Positions 32,847-41,973 of a DNA stretch of 64,000 nucleotides are shown here, in pieces (positions within the stretch are counted from its first letter, which is position 1; every line of letters starts with the position of its first letter). Below the pieces are notes generated by a model. The model saw nothing but the letters and a program-made list of their open reading frames with translations. It did no database searches and was not told the origin of the DNA. The stretch is taken from assembly GCA_034439575.1 (NCBI GenBank), contig JAWXAQ010000012.1, forward strand, positions 96,001 through 160,000, written 5' to 3'. The stretch comes from Leptospira sp. (GTDB lineage Bacteria > Spirochaetota > Leptospiria > Leptospirales > Leptospiraceae). The translations under genes and the position numbers were made by a program.

Positions 32847-34217
32847 ATGAAAAACAAAGAAAGAATTGTATGGATCTCTCTCGTCCTTTTCCTTTTTGGA
32901 CTTCTGATATTTTCTCCCTTACAAAAAGTAAAAGCTATATCCGCTGAAGGAGAGGCATACTTGCAGGTGTTACATGAAGTGATTGCTTTTATCGAGAATG
33001 ACTTTGTGGACAATGCGGATGAAAAAAAGATTTATGTAGGAGCCATACAAGGCGCCTTGCAGAGCCTAGGTGATCCTCATTCTAGGTTTTTAGACAAAGA
33101 TGAATTTTTAGAAATGCAAAATGAAACCAAAGGAACCTTTGGTGGGATCGGTGTGGAAGTCAGTTTTCAAGATGGAGCTTTTATTATCATTGCCCCATTA
33201 GAAGGCACCCCTGCATGGAAAGCTGGATTACTTCCGCAAGATCGGATCATAGAAATCAACGGCAAACAAACAAAAAATGTCTCACAAGCAGATTCAATTA
33301 GCATGATGCGTGGGGAAGTTGGATCTTCATTGACTATGAAAATTGAAAGAAAAGGAATCAAAGAACCAATTTCAGTCAATTTGATCAGAGAACTCATAAA
33401 AATCCAATACATTCGTTCCGCGTATTTATCAGAATCAAATACAGGTTATGTGAAGCTTGCTCAGTTTATGGGTAGAGAAAATACTGCCAAAGAATTTGCT
33501 TCACACATTGAAAAACAAATAAGCGCGGGTGCCAAACAATTGGTCATTGATTTGCGAATGAATCCAGGTGGCTTAGTTGATTTGAGTGTGGAACTGGCAA
33601 ATATGTTTTTACCTGCCAATAAAGAAATTTTATCGGTGAGGGGAAGGGGTGGAATCCTTATCAAAACATTTCGCTCTGATAAGGGAGATCATAAATTTCT
33701 GGATATTCCTGTTGCAATTTTAGTTAACAATGGTTCTGCGAGTGCCTCCGAGATTTTGGCTGGTGCCTTACAAGACAATGGTCGTGCCAAAATTGTAGGA
33801 ACACAAAGTTTTGGTAAAGGTTCAGTCCAATCTATTTTCCCACTTTCACATAAGACGGGTGTGGCGATCACCATTCAAAAATATTTTACACCCTCAGGAA
33901 AATCTATCCATGGAAAAGGTATTACACCAGATTTAGTTGTGCAACCGATTTCTGCCACAGAAGATGAAAGATATGTGATAGAAAAATTGCATAAAAAATC
34001 AAAACTAAGAACATTTTTCAATGAACATTCGGAATTCAACGAAACAGCTGTTAAAGATTTCCAAGAATTATTAAATTCTGAAAAATTAAGTTTATCTGAG
34101 CCTGTGACACGATTGTATTTATTCAATGAGCTTAGATCTACAAAAACAAATCATATTCCAAATGTTGAATTAGATTTGCAATTAAAGGATGCCATAGGGC
34201 TTTTGAAACAAAAATAA
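32847..34217 (+). CDS. ctpA: Carboxyl-terminal processing protease (S41A, PDZ)
   Basis: DPHS, GIG, DLRMNPGG, GSASASEI, QSFGKGSVQ, GITPD. Confidence 0.93.
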   Translation: MKNKERIVWISLVLFLFGLLIFSPLQKVKAISAEGEAYLQVLHEVIAFIENDFVDNADEKKIYVGAIQGALQSLGDPHSRFLDKDEFLEMQNETKGTFGGIGVEVSFQDGAFIIIAPLEGTPAWKAGLLPQDRIIEINGKQTKNVSQADSISMMRGEVGSSLTMKIERKGIKEPISVNLIRELIKIQYIRSAYLSESNTGYVKLAQFMGRENTAKEFASHIEKQISAGAKQLVIDLRMNPGGLVDLSVELANMFLPANKEILSVRGRGGILIKTFRSDKGDHKFLDIPVAILVNNGSASASEILAGALQDNGRAKIVGTQSFGKGSVQSIFPLSHKTGVAITIQKYFTPSGKSIHGKGITPDLVVQPISATEDERYVIEKLHKKSKLRTFFNEHSEFNETAVKDFQELLNSEKLSLSEPVTRLYLFNELRSTKTNHIPNVELDLQLKDAIGLLKQK

Positions 34218-34220
34218 AAA

Positions 34221-35249
34221 ATGTATGGTTTAGGAATTGAATCAAGTTGTGACGAAACTTCACTTTCCATAGTAAAAAATGGAACTGAACTCATTGCCCT
34301 TAAAATACATAGCCAAATAGAAAACCATGCACCTTACAGAGGTGTAGTTCCAGAACTTGCCTCTCGTGCTCATTTGGAAAAAATCAACAGCTTACTTGAG
34401 TTAACTCTTCAGGAGGCTGGACTCGGTATGGAAGAAATTTCCTATGTGGCCGTGACGGCGTATCCTGGACTTATGGGTTCACTACTTATCGGCGCTCAGA
34501 TGGCTCGTTGTATATCACTTGTTTATGATATTCCCATCATTCCTGTGAATCACCTAGAAGCCCATTTCGCTGTGATTAGTTTGGAAAGAGAACTGCCCGC
34601 GTTTCCGATGTTAGGTGTTTTGTTATCAGGTGGGAATTCGTCGATTTATAAATACCAGGGTTACGGAAATTTAGAACTACTTGGGGATACTATGGATGAT
34701 GCACTGGGGGAAGCATTTGATAAAGTGAGTGCTATCTTAGGGCTTCCTTATCCTGGCGGACCTTATATCGAGAAGGAAGCCATTTCTTATATTGCAAACA
34801 ATGTAGATAAAACGGATTCTTATTTTCCCAAACTCTTAAAAGATTCACCCCAAGACAAAATCCAATTTTCGTTTAGCGGTCTAAAAACCGCCGTGCTTTA
34901 TCATTGTAAGGACAATAAAGACCAATTGGACATACCTAAAATTTGTTTTGATTTTCAAAATTCTGCTTTTGAGTTAGTCCTTCGCAATGTCAAAAAAGCA
35001 GTGAATTTAACAGGGATTTCAGAGATTCTTTTTGCAGGGGGCGTTCTTGCGAATGGAACACTTCGTAACCAAATTGAAAAAATTGCCAGTTCAGAAAAAT
35101 GGTCAGTCTATTTTCCGGAGAAAAAAATTTACTGCACGGACAATGGTGCGATGGTAGCATGTCTTGGATACTATCTATGGAAACTCGGGAAACAAGCTCC
35201 TATTGATTTTATGGTTTCTCCACGATTAAATTTAAACAAAGTTATATGA
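34221..35249 (+). CDS. tsaD: tRNA N6-adenosine threonylcarbamoyltransferase
   Basis: GIESSCDET, GVVPELASRAH, NHLEAH, DDALGEAFDK, FSFSGLKT, CTDNGAM. Confidence 0.96.
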   Translation: MYGLGIESSCDETSLSIVKNGTELIALKIHSQIENHAPYRGVVPELASRAHLEKINSLLELTLQEAGLGMEEISYVAVTAYPGLMGSLLIGAQMARCISLVYDIPIIPVNHLEAHFAVISLERELPAFPMLGVLLSGGNSSIYKYQGYGNLELLGDTMDDALGEAFDKVSAILGLPYPGGPYIEKEAISYIANNVDKTDSYFPKLLKDSPQDKIQFSFSGLKTAVLYHCKDNKDQLDIPKICFDFQNSAFELVLRNVKKAVNLTGISEILFAGGVLANGTLRNQIEKIASSEKWSVYFPEKKIYCTDNGAMVACLGYYLWKLGKQAPIDFMVSPRLNLNKVI

Positions 35250-36001
35250 AGAAAAAATTAGCCTGGATTCCAAATACCCTTACACTTGGCAACCTAACCC
35301 TTGGATTTGTTGCTATGCTTACTGCTTCTGAAGTGGGACTGAACGCTTCTGACCCGAATGACTTATTTGCCCTATCGGGTATCTTTATCATCTTAGCGGC
35401 TCTCTTTGATGGATTTGATGGTATGGCGGCACGAGCCTTGGATGCAACAACCGAACTAGGAGCAGACTTAGATAGCCTTGCTGATCTAACAACTTTCGGA
35501 ATCGCTCCTGGCATCCTTACCTACAAAATGTTTTTGGATGAGTACAAATTGGATTTTTTTGGACGCCCTGAATTTTTTCCGATAGGGATGTTGATTGCGG
35601 CTTTATTTCCAATATGCGCTGCTTATCGTTTGGCTCGTTTCAATGTAGTTCATGACCCTACTTTTTTTCAAGGACTACCATCACCCGTGGCCGGTGTTGT
35701 TGTGGGAATTTTTCCTCTCGTGTTTCATCCCGATCAAGTATCTAAACCTCTTGCGATTGGTTTTTTTGTTCTCACAGCACTTCTTATGGTATCTACAATT
35801 CGTTATTCAAAACCACAAGTCGCGATTCGCGGTAAATTTAGTTGGAAAAAAATTGCGATTGCATTGACTGGTCTCACGATACTCGTGTTAGCTGTTGGGT
35901 TTTATAGATGGCCGTATTTTCTTTACGGGGCAGTGGGTTTTTATGTTTTTTCAGGGATTGTATCTTTTGTCATTCATACAATCCAAGAACTGCGCGTTTA
36001 G
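35246..36001 (+). CDS. pssA: CDP-diacylglycerol--serine O-phosphatidyltransferase (CDP-alcohol phosphatidyltransferase)
   Basis: IPNTLTLGN, DGFDGMAAR...GADLDSLAD..FGIAP, RLARFN, FQGLPSP. Confidence 0.88.
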   Translation: MKKKLAWIPNTLTLGNLTLGFVAMLTASEVGLNASDPNDLFALSGIFIILAALFDGFDGMAARALDATTELGADLDSLADLTTFGIAPGILTYKMFLDEYKLDFFGRPEFFPIGMLIAALFPICAAYRLARFNVVHDPTFFQGLPSPVAGVVVGIFPLVFHPDQVSKPLAIGFFVLTALLMVSTIRYSKPQVAIRGKFSWKKIAIALTGLTILVLAVGFYRWPYFLYGAVGFYVFSGIVSFVIHTIQELRV

Positions 36002-36002
36002 A

Positions 36003-36308
36003 TTAGGAAATATTAAAAATATCCATAAGGTTAGATATGGTAAAAATAGTTTTTACCTCGTTTGACATATTGATGATACGAATCGAACCTTGTTTTTCTT
36101 TGGTCCAACTGTAAGTATGCAGAAGAATACCGATTCCAGAAGAATCGAGAAAATTTAATTTTGCAAAATCTAAAGTCAGACTTTTGACCCCAGAATCACG
36201 TAGGGCGATCAGCTCTTTTTTTAAGTTGCTTGTATCTTTTACGGATAGATTTCCGATAAAATGCAAAGTAGCCGATTCGCCTTCCCTATTAATTTTAAAT
36301 TCAAACAT
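36003..36308 (-). CDS. STAS-domain anti-sigma-factor antagonist
   Basis: LDFAKLNFLDSSGIGIL phosphorylatable-Ser motif; start uncertain (36308 or 36323). Confidence 0.9.
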   Translation of the reverse strand: MFEFKINREGESATLHFIGNLSVKDTSNLKKELIALRDSGVKSLTLDFAKLNFLDSSGIGILLHTYSWTKEKQGSIRIINMSNEVKTIFTISNLMDIFNIS

Positions 36309-36393
36309 AACCAAAGTTACCATTCCTTCATAAACTAAGCGAATCAATCAAAAAACGTTTGATTTTTGGAAAAAGGATTCTAGAAAAAGGATA

Positions 36394-37350
36394 ATGAAAA
36401 TCAAATTCTGGGGAGTTCGTGGTTCCATAGGATCTCCTATTCGTCCGGAGGGAGTTAAACAAAAAGTACATAAACTTCTCTCTCTCGTCAGACCGACAGA
36501 TATCCAGAACGAACAAAGCATCACAAAATTTTTAGATTCATTAAGTTTCTCCGCTTCATCAACTTATGGTGGTAATACGACCTGCGTAGAAATTCGAGAT
36601 AAAGAAAACAATCTCATTATTATTGATGGGGGGACTGGGCTTCGGGAACTTGGGAACTCACTGATGGCGTCTGGTTTTGGAAAAACGGGGGGGCATGCGC
36701 ATTGGATTTTGACTCATACCCATTGGGATCATATACAAGGCATTCCATTTTTTGTTCCCTTATTTATTCCGACAAATGAATTCGAATTTATTTCCTCATT
36801 TGAAGATTTGGAAGCTCGATTCCAGCATCAATTTGTTTTTACACATTTCCCTGTTTCCTTTGATCATTATTCAGCAAAAAAGAAGTTCTCACATATACCA
36901 GAGGGTCAAGAATTTTCGCTTGGCCCCCATATAACAGCGTTTAGTAAATCGGTTCGTCATCCTGGCGGAAGTTATTCATATCGATTTACTGAAAATGGTA
37001 AGTCTATCATTTTTGCATCTGACGCAGAGTTTAACTTAGATGAGATGGAAAATATTGAAACATATATAGATTATTTTCGAGATGCTGATATACTTGTTTT
37101 TGATACACAATACACATTTGAAGAATCTTTACAAAAAATTGACTGGGGTCATAGTTCCGCTTCAATGGCGACAGACATTGCCCTTAGAGCAAAAGTAAAA
37201 AAATTGGTCATGTTTCATCATGATCCATCGTATGACGACGAGAAGTTGGATCTAGTGTATTTACGAGCTCTCAAATACAAAGAGATGTTTGATCCACATG
37301 GAAAATTGGAGATTATTATGGCTCATGAAAACTTAGAATTGGAGGTATAA
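36394..37350 (+). CDS. Metallo-beta-lactamase-fold hydrolase
   Basis: WGVRGS, YGGNTTC, THTHWDHIQG, HPG, WGHS, FHHDP. Confidence 0.9.
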   Translation: MKIKFWGVRGSIGSPIRPEGVKQKVHKLLSLVRPTDIQNEQSITKFLDSLSFSASSTYGGNTTCVEIRDKENNLIIIDGGTGLRELGNSLMASGFGKTGGHAHWILTHTHWDHIQGIPFFVPLFIPTNEFEFISSFEDLEARFQHQFVFTHFPVSFDHYSAKKKFSHIPEGQEFSLGPHITAFSKSVRHPGGSYSYRFTENGKSIIFASDAEFNLDEMENIETYIDYFRDADILVFDTQYTFEESLQKIDWGHSSASMATDIALRAKVKKLVMFHHDPSYDDEKLDLVYLRALKYKEMFDPHGKLEIIMAHENLELEV

Positions 37351-37351
37351 A

Positions 37352-38848
37352 ATGGCAAAAAAATCTTATATAATTGGTATTGATGCAGGAACTACTGGGA
37401 TACGTACATTTTGTTTTGATGACAAGGGTAAGGTGATATCCTCCGCATATGAAGAGTTTAAACAATACTATCCAAAACCAGGTTGGGTAGAACATGACGC
37501 GGAAGAAATTTGGACAAAAACACAAAAGCTAATCGGATCTGCCATTCGCAAAGGTAAATTAAATCCGAAAGATGCTGTCGCCATTGGTATAACAAATCAA
37601 CGTGAAACATCTGTTGTGTGGGATCGTAAATCAGGCAAACCGATTTACAAAGCTATCGTTTGGCAGTGTCGCCGAACATCCGATATCTGTAAAAAATTAA
37701 AAGAACAAAGTTTAGAAGGCACCTTCCGCAATAAAACGGGTCTAGTTGTAGACGCCTATTTTTCTGGAACCAAAATCCAGTGGATATTGGACAATGTCAA
37801 AGGTGCGAGAGACAAAGCAGAAAAAGACGAATTGATGTTTGGTACAATTGATACTTGGTTATTGTACAAATTGACAGGTCATAAAGAACATAAAACAGAC
37901 CATACAAATGCATCCAGAACTCTTCTTTTTAATATCCAAACCAAAGAATGGGATGAGGAACTTTGTCAAATTCTACGTGTTCCAAAATCTATGTTACCGG
38001 AAGCATATAACTCTCGTAATCTATTTGGTTTTACTGCGAAAGTGAAATCTTTACCTGATGGGATTCCTATTTCTTCACTTGTAGGTGACCAACAAGGAGC
38101 ACTTTTTGGTCAACTTTGCACAGAACCCGGCGAAGCAAAAAATACTTACGGTACAGGTTGTTTTTTCTTATTCAATGTCGGCGAAGAATTTCGAATCTCT
38201 AACCAAGGTTTGATTACGACTTTGGCGCTTGGCCCAGAAGGAAAGACTGTTTATTGTTTGGAAGGATCTGTCTTTATCGGCGGAGCAGTCGTTCAATTCT
38301 TGCGGGATAACTTAGAATTTTTTAGTGCATCAAAAGATTCTGAAAAATTAGTAAAGGCTATAAAAACAAAGGATGATATTGTATTTGTTCCCGCCTTCGC
38401 AGGCCTTGGCGCCCCCCACTGGGACCAGGAAGCGCGAGGTGCGATCTTTGGACTCTCAAGGGATACAACTTCAGCACAAATTACAAGGGCGGCACTCAAA
38501 GCGATCGCCTTACAATCCTATGAGCTAGCCCATGCGATGGAAAGAGAAACTGGCAAACCTTTGAAATTTTTAAGAGTAGATGGTGGAGCTACCTCCAATG
38601 CTTGGCTTATGCAATTCCAAGCTGACATCCTTGGAACAAAAGTAATTCGTCCCTCAAACGTTGATACGACTGTCCTCGGTGCCGCATATCTTGCAGGCCT
38701 TGAAAGAGGTTTTTATAAAAGTGTGGCGGCCTTAAAAAAATTGGAAACTAAGAATACCGAGTTCACACCTAAAATGAAAGATGCGGATCGCCAAGAAGAA
38801 ATTAAAAAATGGAACTGGGCTATCGAGAGGGTCAAAACAACTTCTTAG
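37352..38848 (+). CDS. glpK: Glycerol kinase
   Basis: DAGTT, GWVEHD, TNQRET, TNASRT, GDQQ, KNTYGTG, PAFAGLGAPHWD, VDGG. Confidence 0.97.
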   Translation: MAKKSYIIGIDAGTTGIRTFCFDDKGKVISSAYEEFKQYYPKPGWVEHDAEEIWTKTQKLIGSAIRKGKLNPKDAVAIGITNQRETSVVWDRKSGKPIYKAIVWQCRRTSDICKKLKEQSLEGTFRNKTGLVVDAYFSGTKIQWILDNVKGARDKAEKDELMFGTIDTWLLYKLTGHKEHKTDHTNASRTLLFNIQTKEWDEELCQILRVPKSMLPEAYNSRNLFGFTAKVKSLPDGIPISSLVGDQQGALFGQLCTEPGEAKNTYGTGCFFLFNVGEEFRISNQGLITTLALGPEGKTVYCLEGSVFIGGAVVQFLRDNLEFFSASKDSEKLVKAIKTKDDIVFVPAFAGLGAPHWDQEARGAIFGLSRDTTSAQITRAALKAIALQSYELAHAMERETGKPLKFLRVDGGATSNAWLMQFQADILGTKVIRPSNVDTTVLGAAYLAGLERGFYKSVAALKKLETKNTEFTPKMKDADRQEEIKKWNWAIERVKTTS

Positions 38849-40122
38849 TATTCAAACCATTGCAATACAAATTCGAAAGCCTTTCGATCTTTGGAAATTC
38901 CACCACCTAGCACAAATCGACCATTTGTGTAAAAGGGTATTTCCAATATTAGGTCGGGAGGCAAACGATGAAAAACAAATGGTTCCCATTCTTTCTTTGA
39001 AATAAACCAATCAAATCTTAATACTTCGATCCATTCCGTTGTTCTAAAATATAATTTATTTTTTCCCACTCCGTAAAATTCAATCCCTTCACCTAATTTC
39101 CAAAAGTTGATCTTTTTTGAATCTTCAAAGGGGATTTTTATTTGTTGGTTCAATTCACTCAATTTTTCTGAATAAGTAGTAACATAGTCATTTTCATAAT
39201 AAATATTTCTAGAAAACTTTTTGTACAATTCTGTTTCAAGAATTTCTAAAAATCCTTCTCCAGGTTCTGGTTTTAACACAGGAGATTTTTTAATCATCTC
39301 CAGTTTGTTTTTTGAGACAGATCTTTCTAAGATCGAACGAACTGGGGGTGAGAGATGGGGAAGTGCAAATTTGATTTTACGTTCATCCATGGAGGAGATA
39401 AAATTTTGCAAAAATGGTCCATGAATGAGCGGAATCAGTTCAGCAGAAAACATACTTTTACTTAAAAAAATAGCAAACTCCTTCTCATAAGAAAAAAGAT
39501 TCGCTATGATTTTATATTCTTCTGAGTGAGTTCCTGAATATAGGATTTTCACAAGGCGGAAAAGATAGGTTTTACTTTTTTTATCAAAGTACAATTCTTC
39601 AATTTTTTGGATCACTTCTTCTTCGGAAAAATTGGGATTCACTATATCTCTTAGTGAAATGTATTTTGCTGATCCATATTTAGTTCGCTTGGTATGCGTT
39701 AGCTGAAAAATTTGATTATCGCGAATCCCTCCGATTTGAATTGTCTCGTGATCATCTAGACTGATTTTAAACGGAAGTTTTGAGGGAGCAGGAAATTCAT
39801 TGGATAGAATTTTTTGAACAGCTTGTCCTTTTTGATCTAAGTAAAATGTTCTATCAGGCAATTTGATTTGAGAGATGATTTTTTTTCCCGTATATTGAAT
39901 GTATGTTGGTGTAAATATGACATTGGAAGGGTATGATATACGATTCCATTCGATGTTATATAAAAATTGAGGAATAACCAAGGGATCACTCGTGATTGAA
40001 GGAAGTGCTTCTGGTTTTTCACGGAGGAAAGGGTAAAAGGGATTGATATCACTTTGGACTCTGGCAACAGAATCCAAATTTGCAAAAAAGAAATGATAGT
40101 TTTTTCCGAGTTTGTGAATCAA
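38845..40122 (-). CDS. Hypothetical protein with a central FliG C-terminal-like domain
   Basis: EEYKIIANLFSYEKEFAIFLSKSMFSAE...MDERKIKFALPHLSPPVRSILERSVSKNKLEMI resembles FliG E..II..L...PELAEEI...MF.FE...D...LA.AL...S......I..NMS.RAA.ML. Confidence 0.6.
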   Translation of the reverse strand: MIHKLGKNYHFFFANLDSVARVQSDINPFYPFLREKPEALPSITSDPLVIPQFLYNIEWNRISYPSNVIFTPTYIQYTGKKIISQIKLPDRTFYLDQKGQAVQKILSNEFPAPSKLPFKISLDDHETIQIGGIRDNQIFQLTHTKRTKYGSAKYISLRDIVNPNFSEEEVIQKIEELYFDKKSKTYLFRLVKILYSGTHSEEYKIIANLFSYEKEFAIFLSKSMFSAELIPLIHGPFLQNFISSMDERKIKFALPHLSPPVRSILERSVSKNKLEMIKKSPVLKPEPGEGFLEILETELYKKFSRNIYYENDYVTTYSEKLSELNQQIKIPFEDSKKINFWKLGEGIEFYGVGKNKLYFRTTEWIEVLRFDWFISKKEWEPFVFHRLPPDLILEIPFYTNGRFVLGGGISKDRKAFEFVLQWFEY

Positions 40123-40361
40123 GGAGTTTGTTTTTTTAATTTTCTCTGTATTTTAATTCTGAATTTTTCCCAGTTATAATCTACTTTCAAATCAATAAAT
40201 TCTTGTTCGATGCCAAATCTCATAAAATCAAATATTTCTGTTTGGTCCATACCTACAACGATAGATAGGTCATTAATCACACGATCAAGCCTTCGTGCAT
40301 CACGATCACTTAGGTGAAAGGTTTCTAATAGTTGGATTTCAAAATCTGTAAGTTTGATCAA
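40119..40361 (-). CDS. Small hypothetical protein
   Basis: 80-aa ORF fills the gap in a minus-strand run; TTGA overlap with the next gene. Confidence 0.7.
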   Translation of the reverse strand: MIKLTDFEIQLLETFHLSDRDARRLDRVINDLSIVVGMDQTEIFDFMRFGIEQEFIDLKVDYNWEKFRIKIQRKLKKQTP

Positions 40362-40374
40362 AACAATTTCTCAC

Positions 40375-41541
40375 CTAGAAAGCTGCGACAAGTATCGTCT
40401 CTATCTCATTTTTCGGAAGTTCACGGGGAAGGCAATCGAGAAATGGATAGGTAGCAGCTAAGGTGGCGATGCCAGGTAAATCAATTTTTTTTACTTCATA
40501 CTCAGAGAGTCTTTGCGGAATTTTTAGTTCGAGATAAATTTTTCGAATCCCTTCCACCGCTTTAATTGCTGCTTCGATGACAGAGATATTTGTCACATCT
40601 TCATCAAGGGCTCGTGCTATCATAACATACTTACCAGCAGAAGATGTTAAATTGTATTCCATCACATGCGGAAGTAAGATCGACATAGCTTGGAAGATAT
40701 CAAGTGTTGTAATGGTTGTAACAGAAAGGGATAGCGCATAACAGAGACCAAGTGAACTTGTGGATTGTGCAATTCCCGCAAGTAAACTTGCCGCATAGAT
40801 GGAGTTTTTGGCACCTAAGTTTCTAGGTTCCCTTATGGCAGTCACAATGTTTTTTGAAATCAATTCGATCGCACGAAGGGCAGTGGAGGAAGTGATTTCA
40901 TTGGCATACTTTGAAAGTATGCTATCAACCGCCGCAGACAAAATGGCAATTCCTGTTTTGGCAGTATCCGTGGAAGACATACCAGCACCAATTTTGGGAT
41001 CAGAAACAATTAATTCAGGAAAAACCCATTCGTGAGCAAAGTATTTTCGATTTTTATCTTTATCATCAATCACAGAAAAAAATGGCGAACACTCATTGCC
41101 GAGAAGTGGTTTTGTGGGAACAGTGATTAAAGGTAATCCCCGTCTTTTTAATTGTTTTTTACCACTGACCAATTCTTCTGCAAATAGATCATTGGTCGCA
41201 AGAAGGGCGGCCGCTTTACCTGCGTTAATCGACTCAAAAGAGCCATAAGCAACAACACAATCGGCATTTGATATGCGAAGAAAATGTGCCGTCGAATCTA
41301 AATCTTTATAATGAACTCGGTCAACGATATCATCATATATGATCACACCTTCTGAATGTTTTTCTAAACTTGTTTTTATTATGGAAAGTTCTTCTGCATT
41401 TTCGAGTTCGCGTTGCGTAGCGATAAGAACAACTCTGGTTCCAATGTTTTTCACAAAGGAACCGAGTTTGTAACCACAATCTATTTCAAAGTGGATTTTA
41501 GGAGGAAATTGGAAGTTGATCCATTCCGGAAGGACTGGCAT
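40375..41541 (-). CDS. Iron-containing alcohol dehydrogenase homologue, degenerate (probable pseudoenzyme)
   Basis: Fe-ADH fold pattern (PLITVPT, LLPHVMEYN, LKIPQRLSE) but the GGGS and D/H/H/H ligands are substituted; SD AGGAG upstream. Confidence 0.8.
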   Translation of the reverse strand: MPVLPEWINFQFPPKIHFEIDCGYKLGSFVKNIGTRVVLIATQRELENAEELSIIKTSLEKHSEGVIIYDDIVDRVHYKDLDSTAHFLRISNADCVVAYGSFESINAGKAAALLATNDLFAEELVSGKKQLKRRGLPLITVPTKPLLGNECSPFFSVIDDKDKNRKYFAHEWVFPELIVSDPKIGAGMSSTDTAKTGIAILSAAVDSILSKYANEITSSTALRAIELISKNIVTAIREPRNLGAKNSIYAASLLAGIAQSTSSLGLCYALSLSVTTITTLDIFQAMSILLPHVMEYNLTSSAGKYVMIARALDEDVTNISVIEAAIKAVEGIRKIYLELKIPQRLSEYEVKKIDLPGIATLAATYPFLDCLPRELPKNEIETILVAAF

Positions 41542-41599
41542 ACAACACTCCTAGAGATAACGACACAAAGGTGACAACATCCAAACAGAGGACAATTCT

Positions 41600-41625
41600 T
41601 TAGGACCCCCCACCTCCGGTCCTAA
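41600..41625 (-). promoter_or_regulatory. Stem-loop immediately after the flgM stop
   Basis: On the minus strand TTAGGACC-GGAGGTGGGG-GGTCCTAA, 8-bp stem, no following U-tract. Confidence 0.5.
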
Positions 41626-41952
41626 TTATTGTTGTCCGAGAAAAGTAGATGCGATTTGATCAGAAATTTTATCTAACATTTCCGTAGAAAGGTTATCGTA
41701 ATCTCCGTTCTTCAAACGCTCTTTAACAGCCTTAATCTTTTCTGTTCTGTCTTCCTCTGGTGGCATAGACACGATTTGTTTTGCGATCTGTTTAACTTCA
41801 GATTGTAGCTTCGCTTCAGATGCGATTTTTTTAGCCGCATCGGAGATAGAAATTGTATCTACAGGACCAGTTGTTTCTGGTTTGGAAGGTGTATTTGTTT
41901 TTTTGGTTTCGTATCCAAAACCACCAACTCTTCCTATTTTATCGACGTTCAT
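41626..41952 (-). CDS. flgM: Anti-sigma-28 factor FlgM
   Basis: DTISISDAAK...RTEKIKAVKERLKNGDY matches the FlgM D.V.IS...R.EKV..IK..I..G.Y pattern; sigma-28-like promoter upstream. Confidence 0.85.
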   Translation of the reverse strand: MNVDKIGRVGGFGYETKKTNTPSKPETTGPVDTISISDAAKKIASEAKLQSEVKQIAKQIVSMPPEEDRTEKIKAVKERLKNGDYDNLSTEMLDKISDQIASTFLGQQ

Positions 41953-41973
41953 AGTATTTGTCCTCTTACTACT

